In this document: one piece after another, positions 8,343-21,100 of the stretch
Layout: every line of letters starts with the position of its first letter
Position numbering within the stretch: position 1 is the first letter of the stretch
IMG/VR virus record: IMGVR_UViG_3300026166_000003
Coordinates: 1 to 42,925 of that record
Reading direction: 5' to 3' (one strand)
DNA length: 42,925 nucleotides
DNA from: a virus
Lineage: Duplodnaviria > Caudoviricetes
The notes under the pieces: model-generated
The model's database searches: none
What the model was told of the DNA's origin: nothing
The model's input: only the letters and a program-made list of their open reading frames with translations
Program-made: the position numbers and the translations under genes

Positions 8343-9098
8343 TTAACTGTAATTGTATACAATAACGCAACCGCCGCCGCCGTTACTATTGTTATGAGCA
8401 AAACTATTTTGTGAATAGTATCCATGACCACCACCAGAACCCCACTGACCATGAGTTACTTCCTCTTGGTTGTTGTAGTAATGGTGTGAAGAACCAGCTT
8501 TATGCCAGAAACTAGAACCAGCAACTCCTTCGTTGTTTGATCCGTGAGTCATTTCTCCACCACCGCCAGGTAAGTTTATATCACCACCTGAAGCAGATCC
8601 ACCAGGTCCACCCTGATGAGGTACATCTGATTGACCACCTTGGCCACCACCAGCAGAACAGTAAGATCCAAAGGAAGATGTCCCTCCTGAACCACCTCTA
8701 CCACCGTTACGAGCATAACCTCCACCGCCACCGTATGTGTAGCTAACAGAGTTTACACCAGAAACATCAATCCATTTGATAGCAGTAGCTCCACCACCGC
8801 CACCAGCACCACGATAAGTATTATCGTTAACTCTGGCTCCACCGCCACCACCAGTTACATAAACTAAAACATGACTGCAACCAGCTGGTTTTGTCCAAGT
8901 ACCAGAACCACCACTAGTGGATTTAGAGTTCCAAGTACCATTCTGTGAGGTATAAACATTCATACCTAACATCGACCCAGTAGATGCCATTGAAGTATAA
9001 CTGCTTCCATTCCACAGTCTCAAGTCATCATTTTGCAGATCCATTATATTAACTCCTGCGGAGTTTTGGATCTGGTCTACTTTTAATATTCCAGCCAT
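8343..9098 (-). CDS. glycine-rich mini-fibre/adhesin
   Basis: MAGILKVDQIQ N-terminus, then GTWTKPAG..HVLVYVTGGGGG, GGGGGATAIKWID, GGTSSFGSYCSAGGG and GGGGCVIVYNY (polyglycine-rich domain). Confidence 0.75.
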   Translation of the reverse strand: MAGILKVDQIQNSAGVNIMDLQNDDLRLWNGSSYTSMASTGSMLGMNVYTSQNGTWNSKSTSGGSGTWTKPAGCSHVLVYVTGGGGGARVNDNTYRGAGGGGGATAIKWIDVSGVNSVSYTYGGGGGYARNGGRGGSGGTSSFGSYCSAGGGQGGQSDVPHQGGPGGSASGGDINLPGGGGEMTHGSNNEGVAGSSFWHKAGSSHHYYNNQEEVTHGQWGSGGGHGYYSQNSFAHNNSNGGGGCVIVYNYS

Positions 9099-9107
9099 AT
9101 TTCCTCG

Positions 9108-12100
9108 TTATACGATAGCCCAGTTACCACCACTATTTATAGTGACTGTGTAACCGTTTGCAATTGTGATAGGCCCTGCACTGACACAATTTGTGTTAGC
9201 AGGTATTGTTACGTTTTCAGAAACTGTGTTTCTGTTAGCCTTAAAGACTCCGTAAGTATCTATCCACATCTTATCACCATTGATATAACCAATTCCTTCA
9301 AAGTTAGAAGTACCACCAACATGTAAATCATATGATGGGTTTGACTTGTTTATACCAACCTTAGATAATCTATGGATGTCATTTCCGTTAGAAGATTCTG
9401 TCCAACGTGAAGTAACGAACTCAGCATTGTTCTGATAGAACTGACCGTTAAGGTTCATATCACCTTGTACGGTAAACTGATAATTCCTTGCGGTATTGTT
9501 ATTTGGATCAGTACCAGAGTTTGTAGTAGTGTTAATAGAAACTCTATTGTTGCTACCATCAACAGCAATTGCTGGTGTACCATTCCAAGTTGTTCCACCG
9601 TTGTTGGTAGATGCCTGAAGTGTCCAATAATGGTTGCCAACCAACTGGTTACCAAGTCTGAAGTTTCTGTAAGAAGAAGAACCTCTTAACTGTATCGAAG
9701 CACCGCCATTATCATTTGCATCGTCAATATACAGAGTAGTTTGTACTAATGCATCACCATCTACCTCTAAGGTATAATTTGGTTCTCTGTTGATATTGAT
9801 ACCTAACTTTCTAGATGCAATAACATCACCAACAACACGGAACGCTAGTTCTGATTCAGTACCTTCTAATGTGAAAGTATTTCCATAATTACTGTTAGGT
9901 GATTGTGAATCTGCATGATTGTATCTAAGAGTACCAACTTGGGAGAAGTCAGAAGCATCTGTAAATCTAATTCTTGCACCTGTAGAAGGAGCATTAGATG
10001 CTGATTTAAGGAATATACCTTCATCACTACGAAGATCAAGAGCAGCACTTGGAGCAGTACCTACGTTAATACCAACTCTATTAGCACTAGCATCAACGAA
10101 TAGAACTCCAGAATCAACATTCAAGTCATTATTTACAGATGTAACTCCACTGAATGTTGATGTACCACCAACAGTTAAGTTGGAAGATCCACCAGCGATT
10201 GCTAGTGTACCAGTCATGGTATCACCAGTCTTCAATACGTTGAGTGAAGAAGCACCAGTTAATGTAGCAGTAATAGTTCCAGCAGAGAAGTTGCCTGAAC
10301 CATCTCTCTTAACAGCAGTGTTTGCAATGTTATTGACTTGGAAGGTGATGTTACCTGCGTTCCATACAGTAGAACCATTAACTTCTAAACCATCAGCATT
10401 AGCAACTTTAACTTCTAATGTACCAGAACCATCAGTTGTAGTACCACCAGCAGCAATCAGAGCAACGTTATAGTTTGTTGCAGCAGATGCGGAAGAGTTA
10501 AAGTAAACAGCAGGACTTGATGCCTGACCATCCTTTCTACCAAGTTTCAGTAAAGCAGTACCAGAACTACTCTCAAGTCTAGTTACCTCGAAGGTGTTAT
10601 CATCTTCGATAGTGAAGTCTTGGAATGGAACTCTATTACTTGCAGTACCAACTGTAAGAGCACCAGTAAAGTTACCAGAAGTCAGTCTACCAATTAAGAT
10701 ACTGTAATCGTTAAAGTTATCATTAACGTCATCGTTAATAGTAATAGCATCAATCGTGTAACTACCAACTGCCTGTGCGTTAGCATTGTATAGGTTAACT
10801 GGGTTACCTGGTGTGAATGGTGAACTGTTAAGGATTAAACCTTGTACATAGATCTGATACTTAGCATCACCACTAAATGTCTTAATTACTAATCTATCTT
10901 GATAAGATCTAGGACTAATGAATCCTGGTAGTCTGTTATCAGACATAGTACCAGAGTTCAAGTTGTAAGCATTCTGATACCAGTCACCTTGCTTATTATC
11001 CAACCTATCAGCATCGAGTCCTGAATCTACACCATCGTTAAGTGATGTCCAAACCTTACCCCATGAACCGAATGTAGAAACACCTGTACCAGAACCTCTG
11101 ATCCACATGTTGTCATTATCAGTAAATGCAAGTTGTCTTACACCACCGTAAGTAGCATCGAAACCTGAACCACCATTTCTGATAGTCATGACTAGGTTTC
11201 TAGTACCACCATCTGCAAGACCGTTAGCACTATTGAATACCGTGTTGGCAATAGCACCTTCAACGAAGTTGTTTGGAGCAGGGTTTGATGTAGGGTTGTT
11301 AGTACCTGTGATCAAACGAATTGTATTCTGAGATGAACCAGAAATACTAATGTTGTATGTACCAGATAATCTATCAGTAGGTAATGTACCAGAGTTCTGG
11401 TTACCAGAGTTTAGATAGAAAGCACCTTGAGCACCGTCAAGAAGGTCAGCATCTAATCCACTATCAGCACCAGTCTTCAGTTCAACAGAACCGTTACCTG
11501 CCTGACCGATATTAAACTGTGCTTTCTTATATCTAGAAACACCAATCTCACCATAAAGGTCAGCAGAAATTGTTAAATCTGTAACTCTCTTAACGTCAAT
11601 AGAAACGTTAGCATACTGTCTGTTAACAGTACTTACCTTAGCCTCTAATACAAGACCAGATCCAGTACCAATTTCATTTGGTGCAACAGTAATTGCAAAG
11701 TCTGCACTGTATCCAGAACCACCATCAGTTACAGTAACATCAGTAATTGCATTACTAGATACAACAAAGTTTGCTTTTAGTCCAGTACCAGATCCACCTG
11801 TTAATGGTATATCATAGTACTGACCATTGGTGTATCCAGAACCAGCATTAGAAATGATAACGTCGTCAACAAAGTTACCTTGAGTGTATGTTGACTCAAA
11901 GGTCATTGGGGATTCACCCCTTTCAAATTCAATAATCGTACCAGAAGGAATAGTCTGGTTAATTGGGTTATTGATAGCAACTGTGGTTAATCCACCAGCA
12001 GTAACAATACCCGTAATATTTGTGTTTGCCTGTATACCGTTAACAGTGTTCTTAACTTCATGACCAATCAGAGCATTCTGGTTAGTCTGGAATATTAATG

Positions 12101-15100
12101 AATTAGTTCCACTAGTTGCCTGTGAATATAACTGAGCGAAGTACCTGTTCTCTGCACCCTTCATTGACTGAACTGCAAGAGCCCAGTTAGAGTCACCTCT
12201 TAATAAGGTGAAGGAGTTAGCAGCACCACCTGACGCTAATCTATCTGTCTCAATAACACCAGATGTGATGTCAGCAGCAGCGATTTGGTTAGTAGATAGT
12301 GATACCCAGTTAGAAGCAAGTGTACAAGATGTGTTAACAACACGGTTAATATTAACTGTATTAGCAGATGGTGTTGTACTGTCATCAAATGTATCAGTAT
12401 CTTCTATCTTAATCTTGTTAACGATAGTACCATACAATCTACTTTCAATTAACGCAACACCTTGTGCTTGCGTTCCAGCTCCTGGAGGAGCAGCAAATGT
12501 AATTGTTGGAGCAGTAGTATATCCTTTACCACCAATGTATCCGTTAAAGTCAACAATGGTAGCAGTAACAACTTCACCGTTAGCAATAGTACATGTAACA
12601 GAAGCAGCAATTGCACCGCCACCAGGATTACCACCCGAAACTGTAACAGCAGGTGCAACAGTATATCCAGAACCGTTATTAGTAACGTTAACTTGATATA
12701 CAACACCAGTTCTATATTCAGTAGACTGAATACGACCTGTCGTTACACTACCCTCAAAGATATCTCCGATGGTAAATGCTAATGCAGCGTTAAACTGGAA
12801 TCCTAAGTATAGACTTGTTAAGTCATTGTTTAGAATGAATGATGCAGATGTATCCTGTTGGATTGCGATGTCACCAGCAAGTGCTCCTTCTAGTGCCAAT
12901 CTTGCTGCTTGGTTAGCAACAGTATAAACACTGAATGGTCTCAAAGCAGGAATCTGGTCAACAGATATCTTACCTGAGTCTGTTAGTTCAACTAGTGCTC
13001 TAGGAACAGCGTTCGTAGAGTAGGGCTTGTTGATGTATGGACCTAAGTTATTAGTGATGTAATCCTTAACTGCCTTCTGTGTAGGTAGTTTTGCATCAGA
13101 TGCGTTTGCACCACCCAATGTGTTGGAGTCATCGAATCCAGTAACAACAACGTCACCACCTTTCAGTTTCAAGAATTCAACTTCAGAGATCGTAACCGTA
13201 CCAGTGAAGGTAATGTTACCAGTTCTGTTCTCAATTCTAGCGAATGTACCAACCTTGAAGTCACCTAGTTCGTCAGTACCAGAGACGTAAACACGTCCAT
13301 AATTCTGTGATACCTGTTCGTTTGCTTCAATCTTAGTACCACCGTTCTCAGGTAGAGCAAGGTAGTTAGTACCAGATCCAGCAAATTCCCATGTATGTGA
13401 TGAGGAGTTGACGATAGATGGTCTGTGTAAGTTGATAGTCTTACCAGTTAAAACACTAGTAGAGACTGGGTTACCAGTAGCTACATCAGTAAGATCCATT
13501 CCTTGTCCAGTACCATCATCAATGGTTAACTGAGCAGAGAAAGGAGGACCAACGGTAACTGCTGAAACTACATCAACAAAGTATTCAATGTCAGTATTAG
13601 TATTGGTATAACCATTAATCTTAACAACATAATGCTCTAGAGGTTCTCTTCCCAATCCACTGACTGTAAGAATAGTTCTACCAGTAGGTGTAGAAGATAC
13701 GTTAGAGATTGTTGCAATATCAAATACGTATGGTGTAGGACTATATCCAACACCTCTCAAAGCATACTGACCGAAGTTAGTAGCAGAGTTAGTGATAGAT
13801 GCATAACCACCACTTTCACAAAGAACACCATCAGCACAGAAGATAACGAAGACCGAAACCAACTGTACATAACCATCGTTGATAACTTTATATCCAGTAC
13901 CACCGAAGGAAACGATAGTGAATGCAGATGCAACCATCGACTTACCCTGATTAGGATAAGTTGCACTACCATCTAGTTCTAATCCAGTAAACGGACAGTT
14001 AGGTTGCTTAACCTTAGCACCATCAATGAATGCACCATTACCACCTAAGAAGGAGATAACAGAAGAGTTCTGAGTATATGGAGATGCCTCAATGATTGGA
14101 AACTCATCATAGTCACCACGAACAGCAGATCTAACGTTGTTTGAGTCGTAGATGTAACTATCTGGGTATGTATTGATTAGTGCAGTATCATATAGAGTTC
14201 CAGTTGTTTGTGTGGTTGCTCCTGGTAGGATTGTTCCATCCAAAATATCTTCCAACAGATCCATTTCTGTTGCGATTGTAGAAGCAACGTTAGCACATTT
14301 AGGAGTACCACCAGTATAAAGAGTGATATTCCAATCTTCAAACTTAGGAATGTCTGAGGTAGTTGGTACTTGATCGTAAACTACGACGACACCATTTGCT
14401 AAACCACTTACGAATGCGTGTGTAGAAGAACTAGCAGATCCAGCAGCACCAACGTTAACTGTAACTGTAGTGCTACCACCAGCAGATGATACGTTAGTTA
14501 TTGGAAGTGACTTACCGTATGCCTTCTTATCAGCAGGAACCCTTCTTGGATATGAGTGCTGAGTAGCATTACTGTCAACATCACAAGTAAACTTAAGTGC
14601 GTTCTCTCTGAATGCAAGTCTATGAGATGTCTTAACTGCCTTAGCAGGATCTGGGAATGTTACTGTCAGTTCACCAGTGTTGGCAGTATATGTTGCAGCA
14701 CTTGCTGTTGTTGGGACAGGAAGATTGATTGCAGCACCAACGTTAACAGTAACTGTTGTAGCAGCTACAGCAGTAATAGCAAGTGTTGCTCCAGATGCAG
14801 GGTCAGTTGCACGAGGATAAGCATGTTCTGTTTCATTTGCGTCTAGGTCACAAGTAAATGTAACACCACCATTAGCAATGGTAAGAGTATTACTTGTCGT
14901 CAAACTGTGAGATCCAATCTCCAGTACCATGTCACCAGTTGCTGCATTATAAGTTGTTCCAGCAGCAGCAGTTTTAGTACCACCAGCATTAGGAGTGATT
15001 GCATTTGTGACACCACTTACAAATGTATGAGTTCCTGCGTATCCAGTCCAGTTAGAAAGAGTGTTGATTGCGTACTCTTTGACCTTCTGATAGGCGTAAA

Positions 15101-18100
15101 GGGTCTGAGCCAGCATTCCTGGTTGAATACCAGTTAACTCCGTTCCTGTGAAGTATAACTCTGCTCTAGAAACAACACCAGAGTTACCACCCAATACAAG
15201 GTCACGAACTAATCCACCAAGAATTAACCCAACGTCTCTACGACATTTTCTCTGATTAAGATCGGATAGATTAGCATTTGGATATTTGTTCTCAACATCT
15301 ATTAATACTTGATCTGCAATAAGATCCTTGTTACGTGAAATTAGATATGCAGCATCTAAGTATGTGTTAGCAGAATTATTTGATAGAACATCTACGAAGA
15401 GATATGCAAGAGTATCAATAGCAGCTCTTACATCATCACAACGTGGACTACCAGCAGTAGTATTGATAATTGTTGTGTCTCTATACTGAGTTAAAGCAGT
15501 ATGCTCTGCGGCATATAAAGGATCTGTAGTTAACCTATTGTCACCTGTATGCCAATTACACATTGCATAGATTGCTAACTCTCTAGCATACTCTATACCA
15601 CGTATAGTTTGAATAATTTCATTCTCTACATAACTAACTTTTGCTCCGACAATATACTTCTTCGCAGCTTCTATAACGTTATGGTTGGAACCAAACTCTA
15701 AGTCTCTTATAACAGCATTAAGGAAGTGTACTATATCTTGCTTACAGTTCTCGTCTCCATTAGGATTATTGTTAGTACCAGTTGTAGGAGGACTGAATGA
15801 TGGATATGTCTTTTGTCCAGAAGAACAAGAGACCAAAATGTCTGCTAATTTAACAGTAGCATCTTCTGCTATATTTGGAATAGAAGCAGATACAGTAACG
15901 GTTGCAACACCTGTTACCGCATTATCATAAACAAAATTGGTAATATTATAACTACTACCACCGAATTCTACAGTACCACCACTAACATATGTGTGAACTT
16001 CTGGAGTCTGTCCTAAGTAAACTTTAAATGTAGTACCACCAGTAGATAGACAGTTTGCCGCAGCTCTTACAAATGTATGAGCAGTTTGAGGTCTATTCTT
16101 AACACAGTTACTATCAGCAGTAACAAATGTGTGAGCAGTATTTGGTTTAAAGTGAACACCATTAGTAGCACTGCTTATCCATGTATGAGCATATGAACCA
16201 CCACTAATTACGCCACCAGTAGTTGCACTCTTAAATGTGTGAGCATAGTTACCACCAGTTACAACTGAATCTTGGTTGGCAGATACAAATGTGTGAGCAG
16301 TTGTGTTAGAAGATGCACCAACATTAACTGTAACTGTAGTTGCTGTGATACCAGTTACTTCAATTGCCTGTTCGTTTACTCTATCTCTCTTCTGTTTGAT
16401 ACCATTAGTAACAGCAGATATAAATGTATGAGCAGTTGTGTTGGTAGAAGATCCAACATTAATTTCAAATGTATTTGTAGTTACACCAGAAATAGGAATC
16501 CACTTACCGCTAATTGGGTCAGAAGGACGAGGATATGAATGGTTAGATCCATTACTATCTTCAGCACATGTGAATGTTAAAGAACTATCATCTAACTTAA
16601 CCTTGTCGCCATTAGTCATTCCATGACCAGGAACTGTAAGAATAATCTTACCGTCAGCAGGTGTATAATAGGCAAGAGTTGCTGTGTGATTATCAATAGT
16701 TGCTCTTGGATATGCATGGTTAGTAGCATTACTATCCTGAGCACAAGTAAATGTAACTCCTTCTGTGGTAAGTTTAAGACTTGTACCAACTCTTATGTTA
16801 TGAGTACCAATAGTAAGTTCTAAATCACCATTACTAGGGTTGTATGTACCGTTTGTTGGTGTGTATGCTACAGTTGGAGATGCACCTACGTTAATTGTAA
16901 CGTCACCACTTTGCTTGGTTAATCCACCTGTAATAGCAGATACAAATGTATGTGCTGATGTATCTTGCGATACCCCAACATTAATTTCAAATGTGTTTGT
17001 AGCAACAGATGATATTGCTAACCAATCACCACCAGTAGGATCTCCTGTTCTTGGATATGAATGCTGAGTGGCGTTACTATCTAAACCACAACTAAAGGTA
17101 AGAGAATTGTATCCTAACTTAATTCTATCTCCATTAGAGAACCCATGTCCAGTAACGGTTAACTGCATAACACCCGTTGAAGGGTTGTATGTAGCACCTG
17201 TTACTGTATGTGCAGTACTAGCTACAGCAATGACTTCAAGAGAAGAATCATATGCTCTATCTCTCTTCTGACTGATTCCGTTAGCAGTTGCTGAAACAAA
17301 TGCGTGAGTAGTCTGGTTTGTAGAAGGAACTGTGTCAAGAACTTGAATTGTATACGTGTTAACAGTTACGTTCTGTACAGGCATCCAATGACCGCTAATT
17401 GGGTCAGTAGAACGAGGATAAGTATGGTTTGATCCGTTGTTATCTTCGTTACATGTAAATGTTAATGAGTTGTCAGCAATTTTAATAAGGTCTCCATTAG
17501 ACATCCCATGACCTTGTGTCGTGAGAGTTAATAGACCTGTTGAAGGATTATATGCAGCATTAGATGCTGTATGTGTATCAATAGTTGTACGTGGATAACT
17601 CTTATCAGCATAGTTACCATCCATTGCACAATTGAATGTCAATGCACCATCAGCAAGTTTGATGTTGTCACCAACTTTTAAGTTATGACCACCAAGAGTC
17701 AGAACCATATTACCAGTAGATGCTGTATAAGCAGCATTGGTTGGTGTGTATGTTGCTTGTGGTGTTGTACCAACATTAACTGTGAAAGTACCGTCTTGTC
17801 TCTTTAATCCACCACTAACAGCAGAAACAAACGTATGTACGGATGTATCTGATGATATACCAACGTTGATATCAAAAGTATTAGTTTGGACATTACCAAC
17901 AACTAACCATCTTCCACTTGCTTTATCGTATCCAGCACGAGGATAATCATGATTAGAACCGTTACTATCTAATGCACAAGTAAGTTTTAATGAATCATCA
18001 TCCAACTTAATGTAATCACCATTCGCGAATCCGTGACCAGCAATAGTAAGTTGCAGAATACCTGTTGCAGGAGTATATGTTGCACCAGTTACTGTGTGTG

Positions 18101-21100
18101 AAGTTTCTCCAACCGCTGTAACTTCTATTGCTTGACCAGAAGTAGGGTCAGTACCCAATCTAGGATAAGCATGTTTTGTAGCATGACCGTCCATTGCACA
18201 GGTAAAGGTCAATGCATCATTGTCTATAACGACGCTATCGCCAACACGAACTCCGTGCTGTCCGACAGTCAATACCATCACACCTGTTGCAGGATCATAA
18301 GTAGCACCAGTTGGTGTAAAGTCTCTATTTGTACCAGCAGCACCTACATTAACAGTAACACTAGTTGCTGTAGAACCAGTAATAGTAAGGGATCTTCCAG
18401 AAGATTGATCCTTTAAAGCACGAGGATATTTCTTAGTAACCTGATTATTATCCATTGCACACTTGAAGTGCAAGGAATCATTATCGATAGTAATACTCTC
18501 ACCAGTTGATAATGAATGTGTTCCAAGTGTTAATGTTAGATCTCCAGTTGCTGCATTATATGTTGCAGCAGTAGGTGTATATTCTACGTTTGCAGGTGAT
18601 ATACCAACATTAACTGTAAATGTATCATTAGTTTTTGATGTAATTGGTAATGCTTTTGCAGTAGCAGGATCTGTTGATCTTGGATATGCATGTTCGGTTG
18701 CATTACTATCCATTGCACAAGTGAAAGTTAATCCACTATCAGTAATTCTAATACCAGTTCCTACAGAAAATCCATGAGCAGTCTTAGTAAATACTAAATC
18801 TCCAGTTGCAGGATCGTATGTTGCACCTGTTGGTGTAGTCGTAGAAGCAGCAGTACCTCCAATCTCATATGTGGCGAAGTAACTCTTAGCAAATTGTGAA
18901 TTAAGTCTTCCAACTGCTTCATCCGCAATATAATCTCTGTTGTTACGAATTAAGATAGAAGCATCTTGATACCTTCTACCAGAAGGAGTTGATAATGGGA
19001 AACTGTTTGGAGAGTTAAGAAGTGATAATGTAACAGTCTTAGTTGCTGTCTTAACTGCTGCAAATTGACCTGGATTGAGATTAGGATCAACAACCGCTGG
19101 CATCTTCTTAGGTATTACAAATCGTCTGCAACGACCATCATTATCTTCTAAGACTTTATAAATTCTTTGCTTACCATTTAATTCTGATAAGTTTGGACCT
19201 GAAGTTGGAAGACCTGAAATAAGTATTTCCTGACCTTCTTTAAACTCGTGTGTATTGGTTCTACCAACAAGAGCATTTGTGTAGAATATAATACCACCTA
19301 CATCCTCAGCATTACCAAACTGTGCATTCTGGAAACCTCCAGTTGCAATACTTGCATCTCCTTGCAATGAGAAGTCAATTCTAGAGATAGGAAGTGTTGT
19401 TGTATAATCTTCATCTACAGAAACAACCTCACCCTCTGCCCTAATTGACTTGATGGATGTGGTATCAATTGTTTCAATATTTGGTGTTGCTGCTGCTATA
19501 GTAAATGTACCAGATGCCGATGTGTCCCATGTAGGAGCATTAAGGATAGGAACAAATGTTACATCCCAATATCCCGATCCAGAATTTGTATTATCAATTG
19601 CTATTACTTGATAATAACCTTGAGTGAAATGAGTATCATTAGTATCATCAAGGAAAACATATGTACCAGCAGGAATTGTTGAACCTGGATCTTGTGTAAA
19701 TCTTATCTTATTAGAACCAGCAGTCTGACTCATAGTAAGACTTATAGCACCACCAGTACCAGCAGATGTTATATACTCAAATCGTTCACCCTCAACGAAG
19801 GAACCACTTGTTAGGTTAACATCAATTTTACCAGCAACATATGCACTAGCACCTGTAGTGTAAGTGAAGTTTACGTCAATAACTTTTGCTCTAGCACCAG
19901 TGTTAACACCAACCACTTCTAGGTTGTTTACTAGTGTAGAAAGTCCTGTGTTCTGTTGGAAATCAACACGGAATTGATCAGGACCAAATATTTGATGACC
20001 AATTGGATAACTTGTTCCAACATCACCATTAGAATCAACATCAATCTGAATACGCTGCTTGTCATCAAAGACCATCGCGTAATCCCAAGTAGCAACTGGG
20101 TCACCATTGGAGTCAATTTGGTCTCTAAATGTTACACCTAAAACATAGTTCTTGTCACCAAACTTGAACATATGCTTGCCAGGATTGGCAGGTCTGATAA
20201 TAACCAAACGTAAGTTGTCACCAACGATTGATGCATCTGGTGGGATTGAAACGGGGTTGTCTTCTACATAGTCTCCACCTGAAACGATGATCGTTTCTTT
20301 TACTCCAGGTGTAGCCCATGCCAGTTGACATGCTTTTTTAATACTTCTTACAGGGTTTACAGCAGATCGACCATCGTTTAGGTCAGAACCAATCTGTGCA
20401 GAAACATAGACACGACCACCAACGTCGTTGGTTGCCAAGTTAAGAACATATTCTGTAGTAGCAATCTTGTCTGATCTATCACCTAGTATTGGTGTAATAG
20501 ATCTTGGGAAAATACCAGCTTCTCCAGTTTCTCCATACTTAAATTCTAATTGGTCTACTACATGGAAACCAATGTGTTTGAACAGGACTTCACCATTTAA
20601 TACGATTCCATCAGCATGAGTTGGTGCGTCACTTCCTGTTTGTCCAGCATTTGTTGCTTGATAAACATTAGCACCGAAATATCTATAACTATCCTTCTGT
20701 ATAATAACGTTAGGAGCCCAAGGAGTACCAGTATTATTCTGATAAGTCTTTAAATTTGGTCCTCTTAGGTTAGCATCAGGAGTAACAAAGTTGTCAATAT
20801 CAAGGTTTAGGATTCTAGCAGTATCAGAAATGATAGAAGTTGATGTTCTGATAGCACCATTGATATCAAGTTCATAATCAACCGTGTCAAGAACGGCAGT
20901 AGCAGTTGCACCAGAACCACCACCTCCACTCAAAGTTACGGTGGGAGCAGTTGTATATCCATATCCTGGATTATTAACAGCAATAGAAACGACTTTACCG
21001 TTAAAAATAAACGCAGAAGCAAGCGCGGTAATTCCATCAGAAGTACCCGGAGGCGCAACTGTAACCGATGGTTGAGTAGTATACCCAGTACCACCAGCGG

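Noticed and set aside
14380-18845. Possible CRISPR-like array or DGR template/variable repeats
   Set aside because: The repeats are in-frame protein repeats with mostly synonymous divergence. There is no constant repeat-spacer period, no adenine-specific mismatch pattern that I could see, and no reverse transcriptase in the window.
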